The notes below the pieces were generated by a model. That model worked only from the letters and a program-made list of their open reading frames with translations. It made no database searches and was not told the origin of the DNA. The translations under genes and the position numbers were made by a program. Shown piece after piece: positions 51,439 through 62,661 of a DNA stretch of 64,000 bases. The DNA comes from Octopus sinensis (lineage: Eukaryota), in the NCBI RefSeq assembly GCF_006345805.1, contig NC_043005.1:80724001-80788000 (forward strand). Direction: 5' to 3'. Within the stretch, counting starts at the first letter, position 1, and the number at the start of each line of letters is the position of its first letter.

Positions 51439-51966
51439 TACGCACATACATATATTATATATTTACTTTCACATAACTACTCACATGCACACACAAAATA
51501 AAAAAAAAAACACTTAGAAATTCATATTTGCTTTTTTGCGGAAATTTATATGAAGCTTGTGTAGCATTGCACTTGTAAACATCAGTGAAAATAATGTTGA
51601 CGCCAGTGTTTAGTTTGAATATAGAGAAGCGAAAATCTACTGGATTAATTGTTCGGCTTAAATATAACTTTCTGGTCAGTAATAGCTATGAATCATTGTT
51701 AGGGAAGCACACATGATGTGCATATTACAATCTTTCAGACACATACACGCATACCTCCAATAACTTCTTTAAACAGATAGGATATACGTATATATATATA
51801 TGTATGCGTGTATGTATATATGAACATGTCTATCTCTGTTTATTTATATATCTCTCTGTCAAAATATATGTGTATGTGTAAATATATATAGACATATGTG
51901 TGAACATATATGTGTATATATATATATGTATATATCTACATAGATTTATGTATATACAAATATATA

Positions 51967-52002
<36 letters not shown>

Positions 52003-52165
52003 TGTATGTATGTATATATAAATATATATATATACATACATGTATTTATATTTATATGTATATATATATGCATATTATATAAAGACATATATATATTTGT
52101 ATATACATATATCTATGTATATCATATATATATATACATACATACATACATATATGTATGTATGT

Positions 52166-52432
52166 ATAATCGCGGTTTCGATTCCCAGACCGGGTGTTGT
52201 GTGTGTTTATTGAGCGAAAATACCTAAAAGCTCCACGAGGCACCGGCAGGGGGTGGTGATCCCTGCTGTACTCATTCACCACCCTTTCTCACTCTTTCTT
52301 CTGTTGGCCTGCTCGCCTAGCCAGCGGGGTGGCGTCGTTCGAAGGCTAAAAAGCAATGCGAACGCATTGTGACCAGCAATGTGTAGCAACATTTGATGGT
52401 CTGGTCGGTCACGTGATCACATATATACATAC
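52166..52432 (+). mobile_element. SINE family S3, variant tail, head truncated
   Basis: ATCGCGGTTTCGATTCCCAGACCGGG..GATCCCTGCTGTACTC, then a divergent 3' part. Confidence 0.7.
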
Positions 52433-52704
52433 ATATACGTGGAGGCTGTCAGTATCATGATCGTAAGATTGTGGTTTCGATTCGTGGACCGAGCGACGCT
52501 TCATTTCATGTTGCTCCAGTCCACTCAGGTGACAAAAATGAGTAACACTGCGATTGACTGGCTTCTCGTCCAGCTGGGGAACACATAAGTCATAGAAACC
52601 GGGAAATCGCGCCCATGAGCTTGGCTAGGCTTTAAAAAAGCGCATTTATCATTTATTTAAACATACATTTATAGATTTATATATATATAAGTCTATATAT
52701 GTAT

Positions 52705-52755
<51 letters not shown>

Positions 52756-52757
<2 letters not shown>

Positions 52758-53100
52758 TGGCCCTCCGTCGGGTACGAAGACTAGGGTTTTAGTTGATCCG
52801 ATCAACGGAACAGCCTGCTAGTAAAATTAGCGTGCAGGTGGCTGTGCACTTAACGTAGTTCACGGGGAGATTCAGCGTTACACAGAGTCTGACAAAGCTG
52901 CCCATTTTTAATACAGATACAAGAGAAACAGGAAAAAAGATGGAGAGAAAGTTGTAAGTTGTGGTGGAAGAATACAGCAAGGTTTGCCAACACCTCCTGC
53001 CGGAGCCTTGTGGAGATTAAGGTGTTTTTGCTCAATAAACACTCACAATGCCCGGTGTGGGAACCGCAACCGCGAGCCTATGACCGCGAGCCGGCTGCAT
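52756..53100 (-). mobile_element. SINE family S3, degenerate
   Basis: GTTGATCCGATCAACGGAACAGCCTGC..CAATAAACACTCACAATGCCCGG. Confidence 0.8.
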
Positions 53101-53225
53101 CCACAAACCAGTGAGTGTGTTAATTGATGAAGCATTAAAACAGAATCACTCGCCTCAGACACAATAAAATATTCTTAACACACGAATTCACATAAAGAAT
53201 CTTGCAGACCAAATATAAAAATGAA

Positions 53226-53292
<67 letters not shown>

Positions 53293-53310
53293 ATATATAC
53301 ATACATACAT

Positions 53311-53334
<24 letters not shown>

Positions 53335-53341
<7 letters not shown>

Positions 53342-53678
53342 GATAAGAAAGTTTGTTTGGTAAAGCACGTGGGTGAATATATAAGAAAATAGTAAAGTGT
53401 GAAAAAACGACAGAAGGCTTAAATGTTAAAAAATATATATATTCGTGTCAAAATGTCTGGAGAATATTGGAAAAATTTTTTTCCTTTCCTTAAAATGACA
53501 TAATTTTAAAATTTTTAAAGAAATTACCGGTTTCGCGTGTAGCTTTTCAAATTTCTTGTGACGTTATGTTTATATTGCATGGAATTATCGTTGTTTTTAT
53601 TTCCAGGAGATTTCTAAATAAGGGGAGGTAGTGAGTGATTTTTTCCGGTGTAGGGGAGATAATCGCTTAAAAAATTTT
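53335..53678 (-). repeat. PLE3 downstream terminal repeat (pLTR)
   Basis: Appears identical by eye to 57331-57674. Confidence 0.95.
53518..53557 (-). ncRNA. Minimal type I hammerhead motif, U3-A8 variant (PLE3 3' pLTR)
   Basis: AAGAAAT-UUGAAAA-GC(TACAC)GC-GAA-ACCGGT-A-ATTTCTT. Confidence 0.7.
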
Positions 53679-53694
53679 TTTTCCCATTTCCTTG

Positions 53695-56019
53695 TTAATT
53701 TCTCTGTGTCAGTATGTTCGGATGGTTGAGTCTGGGTTTGTACTTTTCAATGAAGAATGTTTCCTTGTTCAGTCTCATTTGTGTTGATGATCCGAAAGCA
53801 CATTGGTAAAATGGGAAGATTAAAAATTGTGGCATTAGTTGCTTTGCGCATTTCTCAATGTGCTCACTAAAAGGTATCATTCTATATTCTGGGAATGCAA
53901 TCTGTTGTCGATGCAGTGTGCATCTGCGCCTGAGTGATAGTCCCGTGGAACCCACGTAGTCTTGGTGGCAGCCCGAGCATTTAATAACATAAATTATGTT
54001 TTCAGAGGCACAAGTAAAGTTAGATTTGATCTTAAATTTCTGTCCCTCTTTAAAGAAGAATTCTGATCCTTCCAATAGGTTAGGACATGTTGCACAGTTC
54101 GATCTACCACATTTTTTTACTTTTGCATCCGTAATTTTAGAAGACAATTTTGCCTTTGTGAGAATCTTTTTAAGTGATTTAGGCTGTTTGTAGCTTTTAA
54201 TGATTTGGTGTATGTTTAGAATTTCCTTTAATTTTGGGTTTTTATGAAGTATTGGTAAATTCTGGGTGATGATGGTGAAGGCTTCTTTGTTTCTGGGGTT
54301 GTATGTAGATATGTAAGGTAGTATTTTCGGGGAAGGTGTTGTTGTTGTGTTGAACTTTTCTTAAAGTTTCTATGTTGATTTCTGTTGCACGTCTGATCCC
54401 ATCCTCTATGAGTTGAGCTGGGTAATGTCTGTCAATTAGGGTGTTTTTGAGTTCTTGCAGTCTAAAGTTCCTGGTATTTTGTTCTGACACTATTGTGCAT
54501 ATCCTTCTTGCAAGGTTGAAGGGGATGTTTGTTTTAGTGTGTCTTGGGTGGCATGAATTAAAAAGAAGGTATTGTTTGGCGTCTGTGGCTTTGTAAAAAA
54601 TGTCTGTTTCTATTTTAAGGTTAATTTTTTTAATTAGTATATCCAAGAACGGGAGCTCCTTTTGGTTGTATTCCATTGTGAACTGTATATTTGGGTTTAT
54701 GCTATTCAATAGGTTTTTAAATTTTAGGAGTTTATCTATGTTTTCATTCCAGAGAATGAAACAATCGTCTAGGAATCGTTTCCAATTCTCTTTTATGTAT
54801 TGAGAGAGGGAGTTTCCAAAGATTGATAGAGATTCCTGGTAAATGATTATTTCCATGTATCCCATTGTTAAGTTCGCAATGACTGGTGCTGCCCTTGTAC
54901 CCATAGCAATTCCGGATTTTTGACGGTAAAATGTATTGTCAAACATGAAGTGGTTATTGTGTAGGATGAATTCAATTGATTTAGTAATGAATTCCTTACT
55001 GATCCTTTTTGGTATTTCTTCCGGAAATTGGTCTAACCAGAATTGTATTGCCTCCAGTCCATAATTATGAGGTATACTGGTATACAAGTTGACTACATCA
55101 AATGAAACCAGGATTGTTTCTTCCTTGGTTTTTTTTGGAAGGTGGTTTAACATATCTAAGTCATCTCTGATATGGTTATCGATATGTTTAAGGAAGGGTT
55201 TCAAGAGGATGTCCATAAGTAGACTTAGTCTGTGTGTTTCACAGGTAGGGCCAGCTACAATGGGTCGTAGTTTTAGGTCCCCCGGATTAGGTGTGTGTAT
55301 GTATGTCTTTGGTGATTTTTTAATGGTTTCATTTATAATTTGACTTTTATGAATTTTTGGCAGACCATAGAAAAGGCTAGGTTTGCATTTAAAGTTTGTT
55401 AGGAAATCAATCTCTTTGGTTGTCAGTTCCTTTTCATGGTTTTAATTAGTGAAGATAGAGTTTTCATTATTTTTTGTGGGGTGTAGTTGGTAATTTTTTC
55501 ATAATGTAGGTCTTCATCAAGCAAGGAAATTACAAGATTTCTGTAGTATGATGTATCCATTATTACAACTGCATTTCCCTTGTCCGCTTCCTTAATGGTT
55601 ATATCTTCATCATTTTGGAGTTCTATCAGTTCTTTCCATTGTGTATTGTTAAAATTTGGGTTAGCTTTCTGTTTATGTATAGTATGGTAGGGGAAGTTCT
55701 CAATGTGGTTACAGAATTCGTCAAGATCTTTATTTCTTCCTCTGTGTGGGATGTGTTCACTTTTGTTCTTGACAAGTGATTCATCTTCAGTATTGAAACT
55801 GTTTGATGCTTCTGCTAGTCTTAATTTTCTGCAAAATTCTGTTATATTATCCTTGAGTTCATTTAGGTTTGCTCTGCGTGGAGTTGGTGTAAATTTGAGC
55901 CCTTTTGCGAGGATGTCAATTTTTATGTTAGAAAGAGGTTTGGTTGAAAGATTGATTATCTTCGGTTTTTCCTTATTACTAGGTTCCAGCCTGTGTCCTG
56001 GTGTCCCTGGTCCCTGGCT
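53695..56019 (-). CDS. PLE3 ORF2: reverse transcriptase plus GIY-YIG endonuclease (two 1-bp frameshifts, ~55441 and ~54340)
   Basis: Hand translation: IINLSTKPL..KGLKFTPTP..IKEADKGNAVVIMD..FYGLPKIHK..LRPIVAG..SFDVVNLYTSIP..GIAMGT..RFLDDCF..FLDI..CGRSNCATC..IIYVIKC..YVGSTGLSLRRR..RLN. Confidence 0.9.
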
Positions 56020-57323
56020 AAAAAATGTTGGGTGTAATTTTGTTTGTATGAGTTGTCTGTGAGGTTGTGTGGTATTTGGTCGGGGGAGTGGTGGTATTGT
56101 TGCCTCCGATCGTTGTGTGTGTGTGGGAATCTATGGTTGTTAATGCTTGTGGTGTGTGTAAAATTTCTGTATGGGGAATATTTTTGTTTCGAACTTCTTG
56201 TATGTGGGATGTTGCTTGACATAGTGTTTCTTTGCGTTTGTCTTGTGTTTAGTGGGGACCAGTAGTTTTGGTTCATGGGGTAGTAGTGATTTGTGTGTGG
56301 TGTATTTCTTATCCTAGTGTCGTATTGTGCTGTATGGTGGTTGGGTCTGGTATTATGATGTTGTTGGTTTGTTCTGTTTTTGGTGTAATTTCTTTCATAG
56401 ACGCGTCCTCTTTCAGCTAGTTCCCTGTTAGGTCTAGCGTGGTTTGTAGAGGTTGGTTGTGGGTGATTTCTGTTTTTAGTGTATGGAGGATAGTTGGGGG
56501 TTGTTCGTGGGTTGTTAGGTTTTTCTTTTTTATTTATTGTAATTTTCTTAAGGAAGGGATTATTTGTACCCAATTCATTTTTGAAGGTTTCACTATATTT
56601 TTGAAAGAAGTCCATGTTTTTCTCCCAGCGTAGGAGAGAATTTCTCTCTTCTCTCTCACAGGAATCCTTCCAGTGATCCAATGTATTATCGAGGGGTTGT
56701 CCCTCGGTATATTTTAGTATTTGATTGTGCATCTCCTCGTCTATGCTTTTAAGTTTTTCTTCATTTGTGGAGGCCCTGAGTCTTAGAAGCTCTATTTCTG
56801 ATTTAAAATTGAACAGAGCTGACTTTTCTCTAATAGATCTCTGTCCGTCAGGCTCGTTAGGAATTAATTTTATCTGGAATTTGCGTGGGAGGATAATTGG
56901 TGTTGAGTTTATCCATCCCTCGTAGATATCTGCTTTGTTGGAATTTTTTATCATGTTCCAGAAGGTGAGTTTTCTGTTGTGCAGGTTTGTATTCCAAACG
57001 TTTCCTATTTTTCTTTTTGTTGGGTTGGTTTGGGTGCGTATGGTATCCTGCTGTGTTTCATTAGGTGCCTGTGTATTATTTTCGGATTTGTTGATGAAAA
57101 TTGAGTTCAGTGTTGTATATAACAGTTGTAGATCCTTACTCACCTGGTCAGTGTAACGGGTTGCATCTTCATTGCTTTTACTTTCCCGGGCGAGTAAGTT
57201 TGATTCCTCGATTTTGTTGTTCAGGTTAAGAAGCTGTGAATTAATATTTTTCAGTTCTTTGAGTATGTCCTCATTTAAGGTTTTGTCCGAGGTGTTTGAC
57301 TTCTGTGGCATTTTCGTTCTCAC
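55956..57323 (-). CDS. PLE3 ORF1, uninterrupted 455-aa protein of unknown function (first ATG at 57311)
   Basis: Track ORF lies immediately inside the upstream pLTR; heptad-like N-terminus, helical middle, N/T/H/Q/R-rich low-complexity C-terminus; overlaps ORF2 in the -1 frame. Confidence 0.8.
   Translation of the reverse strand: MRTKMPQKSNTSDKTLNEDILKELKNINSQLLNLNNKIEESNLLARESKSNEDATRYTDQVSKDLQLLYTTLNSIFINKSENNTQAPNETQQDTIRTQTNPTKRKIGNVWNTNLHNRKLTFWNMIKNSNKADIYEGWINSTPIILPRKFQIKLIPNEPDGQRSIREKSALFNFKSEIELLRLRASTNEEKLKSIDEEMHNQILKYTEGQPLDNTLDHWKDSCEREERNSLLRWEKNMDFFQKYSETFKNELGTNNPFLKKITINKKEKPNNPRTTPNYPPYTKNRNHPQPTSTNHARPNRELAERGRVYERNYTKNRTNQQHHNTRPNHHTAQYDTRIRNTPHTNHYYPMNQNYWSPLNTRQTQRNTMSSNIPHTRSSKQKYSPYRNFTHTTSINNHRFPHTHNDRRQQYHHSPDQIPHNLTDNSYKQNYTQHFLARDQGHQDTGWNLVIRKNRR
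56019..56025 (-). promoter_or_regulatory. Candidate -1 ribosomal frameshift slippery site U UUU UUA
   Basis: ORF1 codons CAT TTT TTA; the -1 frame is open from here into the RT N-terminus (FSQGPGTPGHRLEPSNKEKPKIINLS). Confidence 0.6.
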
Positions 57324-57330
57324 GTGTTTA

Positions 57331-57674
57331 ATATATAGATAAGAAAGTTTGTTTGGTAAAGCACGTGGGTGAATATATAAGAAAATAGTAAAGTGTGAAA
57401 AAACGACAGAAGGCTTAAATGTTAAAAAATATATATATTCGTGTCAAAATGTCTGGAGAATATTGGAAAAATTTTTTTCCTTTCCTTAAAATGACATAAT
57501 TTTAAAATTTTTAAAGAAATTACCGGTTTCGCGTGTAGCTTTTCAAATTTCTTGTGACGTTATGTTTATATTGCATGGAATTATCGTTGTTTTTATTTCC
57601 AGGAGATTTCTAAATAAGGGGAGGTAGTGAGTGATTTTTTCCGGTGTAGGGGAGATAATCGCTTAAAAAATTTT
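57331..57674 (-). repeat. PLE3 upstream terminal repeat (pLTR)
   Basis: Appears identical by eye to 53335-53678. Confidence 0.95.
57514..57553 (-). ncRNA. Minimal type I hammerhead motif, U3-A8 variant (PLE3 5' pLTR)
   Basis: Identical to 53518-53557. Confidence 0.7.
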
Positions 57675-59012
57675 AGACCAATTTCCGGAAGAAATACCAA
57701 AAAGGATCAGTAAGGAATTCATTACTAAATCAATTGAATTCATCCTACACAATAACCACTTCATGTTTGACAATACATTTTACCGTCAAAAATCCGGAAT
57801 TGCTATGGGTACAAGGGCAGCACCAGTCATTGCGAACTTAACAATGGGATACATGGAAATAATCATTTACCAGGAATCTCTATCAATCTTTGGAAACTCC
57901 CTCTCTCAATACATAAAAGAGAATTGGAAACGATTCCTAGACGATTGTTTCATTCTCTGGAATGAAAACATAGATAAACTCCTAAAATTTAAAAACCTAT
58001 TGAATAGCATAAACCCAAATATACAGTTCACAATGGAATACAACCAAAAGGAGCTCCCGTTCTTGGATATACTAATTAAAAAAATTAACCTTAAAATAGA
58101 AACAGACATTTTTTACAAAGCCACAGACGCCAAACAATACCTTCTTTTTATTCATGCCACCCAAGACACACTAAAACAAACATCCCCTTCAACCTTGCAA
58201 GAAGGATATGCACAATAGTGTCAGAACAAAATACCAGGAACTTTAGACTGCAAGAACTCAAAAACACCCTAATTGACAGACATTACCCAGCTCAACTCAT
58301 AGAGGATGGGATCAGACGTGCAACAGAAATCAACATAGAAACTTTAAGAAAAGTTCAACACAACAACACACCTTCCCCGAAAATACTACCTTACATATCT
58401 ACATACAACCCCAGAAACAAAGAAGCCTTCACCATCATCACCCAGAATTTACCAATACTTCATAAAAACCCAAAATTAAAGGAAATTCTAAACATACACC
58501 AAATCATTAAAAGCTACAAACAGCCTAAATCACTTAAAAAGATTCTCACAAAGGCAAAATTGTCTTCTAAAATTACGGATGCAAAAGTAAAAAAATGTGG
58601 TAGATCGAACTGTGCAACATGTCCTAACCTATTGGAAGGATCAGAATTCTTCTTTAAAGAGGGACAGAAATTTAAGATCAAATCTAACTTTACTTGTGCC
58701 TCTGAAAACATAATTTATGTTATTAAATGCTCGGGCTGCCACCAAGACTACGTGGGTTCCACGGGACTATCACTCAGGCGCAGATGCACACTGCATCGAC
58801 AACAGATTGCATTCCCAGAATATAGAATGATACCTTTTAGTGAGCACATTGAGAAATGCGCAAAGCAACTAATGCCACAATTTTTAATCTTCCCATTTTA
58901 CCAATGTGCTTTCGGATCATCAACACAAATGAGACTGAACAAGGAAACATTCTTCATTGAAAAGTACAAACCCAGACTCAACCATCCGAACATACTGACA
59001 CAGAGAAATTAA
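57675..59012 (+). pseudogene. PLE3 inverted 5'-truncated ORF2 copy (RT C-half plus GIY-YIG), one frameshift at ~58150
   Basis: Track ORFs 57763-58218 and 58218-59012; near-identical to the reverse complement of 53695-55034. Confidence 0.9.
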
Positions 59013-59149
59013 CAAGGAAATGGGAAAAAAAATTTTTTAAGCGATTATCTCCCCTACACCGGAAAAAATCACTCACTACCTCCCCTTATTTAGAAATCTC
59101 CTGGAAATAAAAACAACGATAATTCCATGCAATATAAACATAACGTCAC

Positions 59150-59189
59150 AAGAAATTTGAAAAGCTACACGCGAAACCGGTAATTTCTT
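59150..59189 (+). ncRNA. Minimal type I hammerhead motif, U3-A8 variant (inverted copy)
   Basis: Identical motif on the plus strand. Confidence 0.7.
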
Positions 59190-59323
59190 TAAAAATTTTA
59201 AAATTATGTCATTTTAAGGAAAGGAAAAAAATTTTTCCAATATTCTCCAGACATTTTGACACGAATATATATATTTTTTAACATTTAAGCCTTCTGTCGT
59301 TTTTTCACACTTTACTATTTTCT

Positions 59324-59401
<78 letters not shown>

Positions 59402-60089
59402 ATAAGTGAGAAAGTGAAATAGAGAGAGAAAGAGACAGGGTTAGATAGAGTGATTTGTTAGTGTATTATTTATATGTATGCGTGTCTTCGAATCTAAATG
59501 TGTACTCACCCCAACGTTGTTCGTAGAACTATCGTGTGTGCAAAAATACAAGAAAATAGTAAATGTTATTTAGGAAGAATTCGCAAAAAAAAAGAAGGCA
59601 GGCGGTGTAGACAACAAACAGATGTATTAGTTTAACGTTCGAGAATTGAGAAAAGTATTTAACGTATCGCGTGTACGCTCTTCCAAAGAAAGGAACACAG
59701 AAAGGAACAAGGAGAGAAATTAAAGAATGTGTAGAGGCTAGCGATCTATGCGCATATATGCTTTTCTGTTTGTTTATGTGTGTGTGTGTGTGTGTGTGTG
59801 ATTGTGCTTGTGTACGTGTGTGTGTGCGTGTGTGCGTCTCCGTGTGTTCGTAATCTACCTTAATCTACCTCAGGATGTAGATTAAGTGATCGACCTAATT
59901 ATTCAATTATTGCATTTCCTGCGAAGTATCTTTGTATTTAGAAAGAAATTTATCATTAAGTTTCTGTTATATTCATCATGGTACAGCGTGAATTAGTTAA
60001 AATGTTGTTTTCCAAATACAATCAATATCACAGGATGTCATACTTCAGTTGAATTGCAGAGAATCTGAGGTGCTAGTTTGCAATAATCA

Positions 60090-60432
60090 TTTCTATTATT
60101 TGCACAAGGCCTGAAATTTGGGGGAGAGGGATATTCGATTACATCGACTCCATTACTCAACTGGTACTTAATTTATCTATACCCGAAAAGATGAAAGATA
60201 AATCGACCTCGTCGCAATTTGAACTCAGAATGTAGCGACGGGCGAAATACCGCTAAGCATTTCGTCCAGCCTACTAACGATTCTGCCAGCTCCCCGGAAC
60301 CGACCTCGGTTGCAAATGAACTGAGAAGGTTAAGAACTCAAGAAAGGCCCGTTCGCATTTTATCTGGCGCGGTTTCGATTCTGCCGTTAAGGATTTCGTC
60401 CACCGTGCTAACAATTCTGCCAGCTTGCCACC
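60090..60432 (-). mobile_element. Two adjacent SINE family S2 copies
   Basis: ~60090-60292 and ~60345-60432 match the S2 consensus. Confidence 0.7.
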
Positions 60433-62174
60433 TTTGTGTTTGTAATAACAGCATTTAAATTTTACGTGTTGTCCCATATCTGAGGCTTTATACAAGTGAT
60501 GCAATCGTTTCACCATGATGATTAGTGGGATTAGATGTTTAAAGAAAGAAAAAGTTGCATACAGTGCATATAGTAACTTTTTTTTATTGCTTACTTATTA
60601 CAAAGTTCTTAAAGATTCTAGATCACGGTATTGTAATTGTGTATGGTACTATTTCATTCTGTTTCGAAATTTTCAACATGACAGAACCGGATTTATGATA
60701 ACATAAAATGATGGAAAGCAGGGGGAAAATTACATCTTTTTTGTTCTTTCTTTTACTTCAGAGAGCGTTAGCAGTTAACTATTCGACAAAGAAAGTTCTA
60801 TGTATCTACATACAGGGTAAACCTTTCCTATTTGATGACACTTAATTTTGATCAAAATTAGTTTCGAAAGAGCAGATGTTAGTAGTATTGCTCTAAAGAA
60901 AATACAAGCCATCGAAATCTTTGCAGTGATATATGGTATTTCTTTTCCTATTAGTGGCTAGACTATTTTCTTGTAAAAGGAATGCTATTTATTAGACAGA
61001 TCCATTAACTATGAATGTAATTACAGCGGCAGCTCACAATTTCTTGAAATTCCATGAACATTTCCTTTGCACAGCAGAGGATTTGTGATTTTTATACAAA
61101 TATAAATTTAATCTACTCTTAATAATTCTGATCAAAATTTAGTCCCTTTTAACCGTGATAAACATTGAAGTTACCATAATTAATGCAAATAACCTTTTTC
61201 TTCCTGTAAATGTAATAAGGTTAAGACTATAAGCAATTCTAATAAATTTTAGAATACATCAAAGCCTTTCAACCTCGGATATGGTGCGCCTTTACACATA
61301 TATCAACATACAAATGAATGTATGAATGTTTAAAAAATTACATTGGAGTACTGAAAGATAGGTGAAGCTCATATCATCTCGACTAAAATATTTTATTTAA
61401 AGCTAAAAGTAATATGAAGAATTTAATTGTCCTTAATTTATTCGGTACTGAGAATAATGAAATCTTATTGCAAAAATTCTACATAAGTAGTATGTAACCA
61501 CCTCTCTAAATATAAAGGTCATATGTGGTCCAAAATAACAAAATACACACACACACACACACACATGCACACACAGACACAAAGACGAGGTAAAAGAACA
61601 CCAAACAGGCCGTGTTAGTATTACACCCAGGAAAATTGGAAGATATCGTTAACCTTTCGGGCCTAAGCTCTTCTGCGAAAAAGATAGCTGAGAAGAGAAA
61701 AAAACTGTGGAGGAGAAAAATAAAAAGCGTCTGAATTACACGGTTACCACATACATATCGAAATGCCTATTTATATATATGAATATATATGTATGTATTC
61801 AGACACACACACTCACGGATGTATGTATGTATGTTTACATCCGTGAGTGTGTGTGTCTGAATACATACATATATATTCATATATATAAACAGGCATTTCG
61901 ATATGTATGTGGTAATCGTGTAATTCAGACGCTTTTTATTTTCTCCTCCACAGTTTTTTTCTCTCCTCAGCTACGCTATGTATGTATGTATGTATGTATG
62001 TATGTATGTATGTATTATGTATGTATGTATGTATGTACGTATGTATGCATGTATGTATAGAGTGTTAGAAGCGGTGTACAGCTATTGAATATTAAGAAAA
62101 GAGGCGGTCGCCAGAATTTTGAAAAAGAATTTTGTTATTTAGTCATTATTATTAGCGCTTTCGTTCGTCGTCGT

Positions 62175-62448
62175 GTGTAGACGCGCTCATATACTGCATT
62201 ACCTGCCCCAACTACAAGGAAAATTACATTGACGAGACAAATAATTCTCTCTGTCAACGTGCAACACTCCATCGGCAGCATATCCGAGAGGAAGAATTAC
62301 GCAAGATTCCGTATAGCAACCATCTGGATATATGCAGCGACAGAAAATTTTTAAAATTTCCCCTTTTACGAATGTTCAGGCGATGATCCGCAATACAGTA
62401 TAGCAATGGAGCTACATGTCAAACAATTCTCCCCAAAATTGAATGTGC
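62175..62448 (+). pseudogene. Degenerate Neptune-type PLE GIY-YIG remnant
   Basis: CVDALIYCITCPNYKENYIDETNNSLCQRATLHRQHIR..RKIPYSNHLDIC..ELHVKQFSPKLN aligns with the PLE3 endonuclease (IIYVIKCSGCHQDYVGST..RCTLHRQQI..IPFSEHIEKC..KPRLN). Confidence 0.8.
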
Positions 62449-62610
62449 GAAAGAAAAGAGGAAAAGTTTTGATTATAAATGTAGCTGCAATATTTGAAAA
62501 ACGAAACTCATCTCTATAAATATTCAGGTATATATATGTATAACATTGGGATATTCTATAACATTAAGTGAAAACTCTCACCAGGCACACACCACACACA
62601 CACACACACA

Positions 62611-62661
<51 letters not shown>

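Larger units (their letters stand above)
53335..59329 (-). mobile_element. Penelope-like element 3 (Neptune-type): pLTR-ORF1-ORF2-pLTR plus an inverted 5'-truncated copy, flanked by (TA)n
   Basis: Direct repeats 53335-53678 and 57331-57674; 57675-59329 is the reverse complement of 53377-55034; RT plus GIY-YIG with CGRSNCATC linker. Confidence 0.95.

Noticed and set aside
55956-57323. ORF1 as a host gene interrupted by the PLE
   Set aside because: It lies between the two identical pLTRs, on the RT strand, and overlaps the RT ORF, so it belongs to the element.
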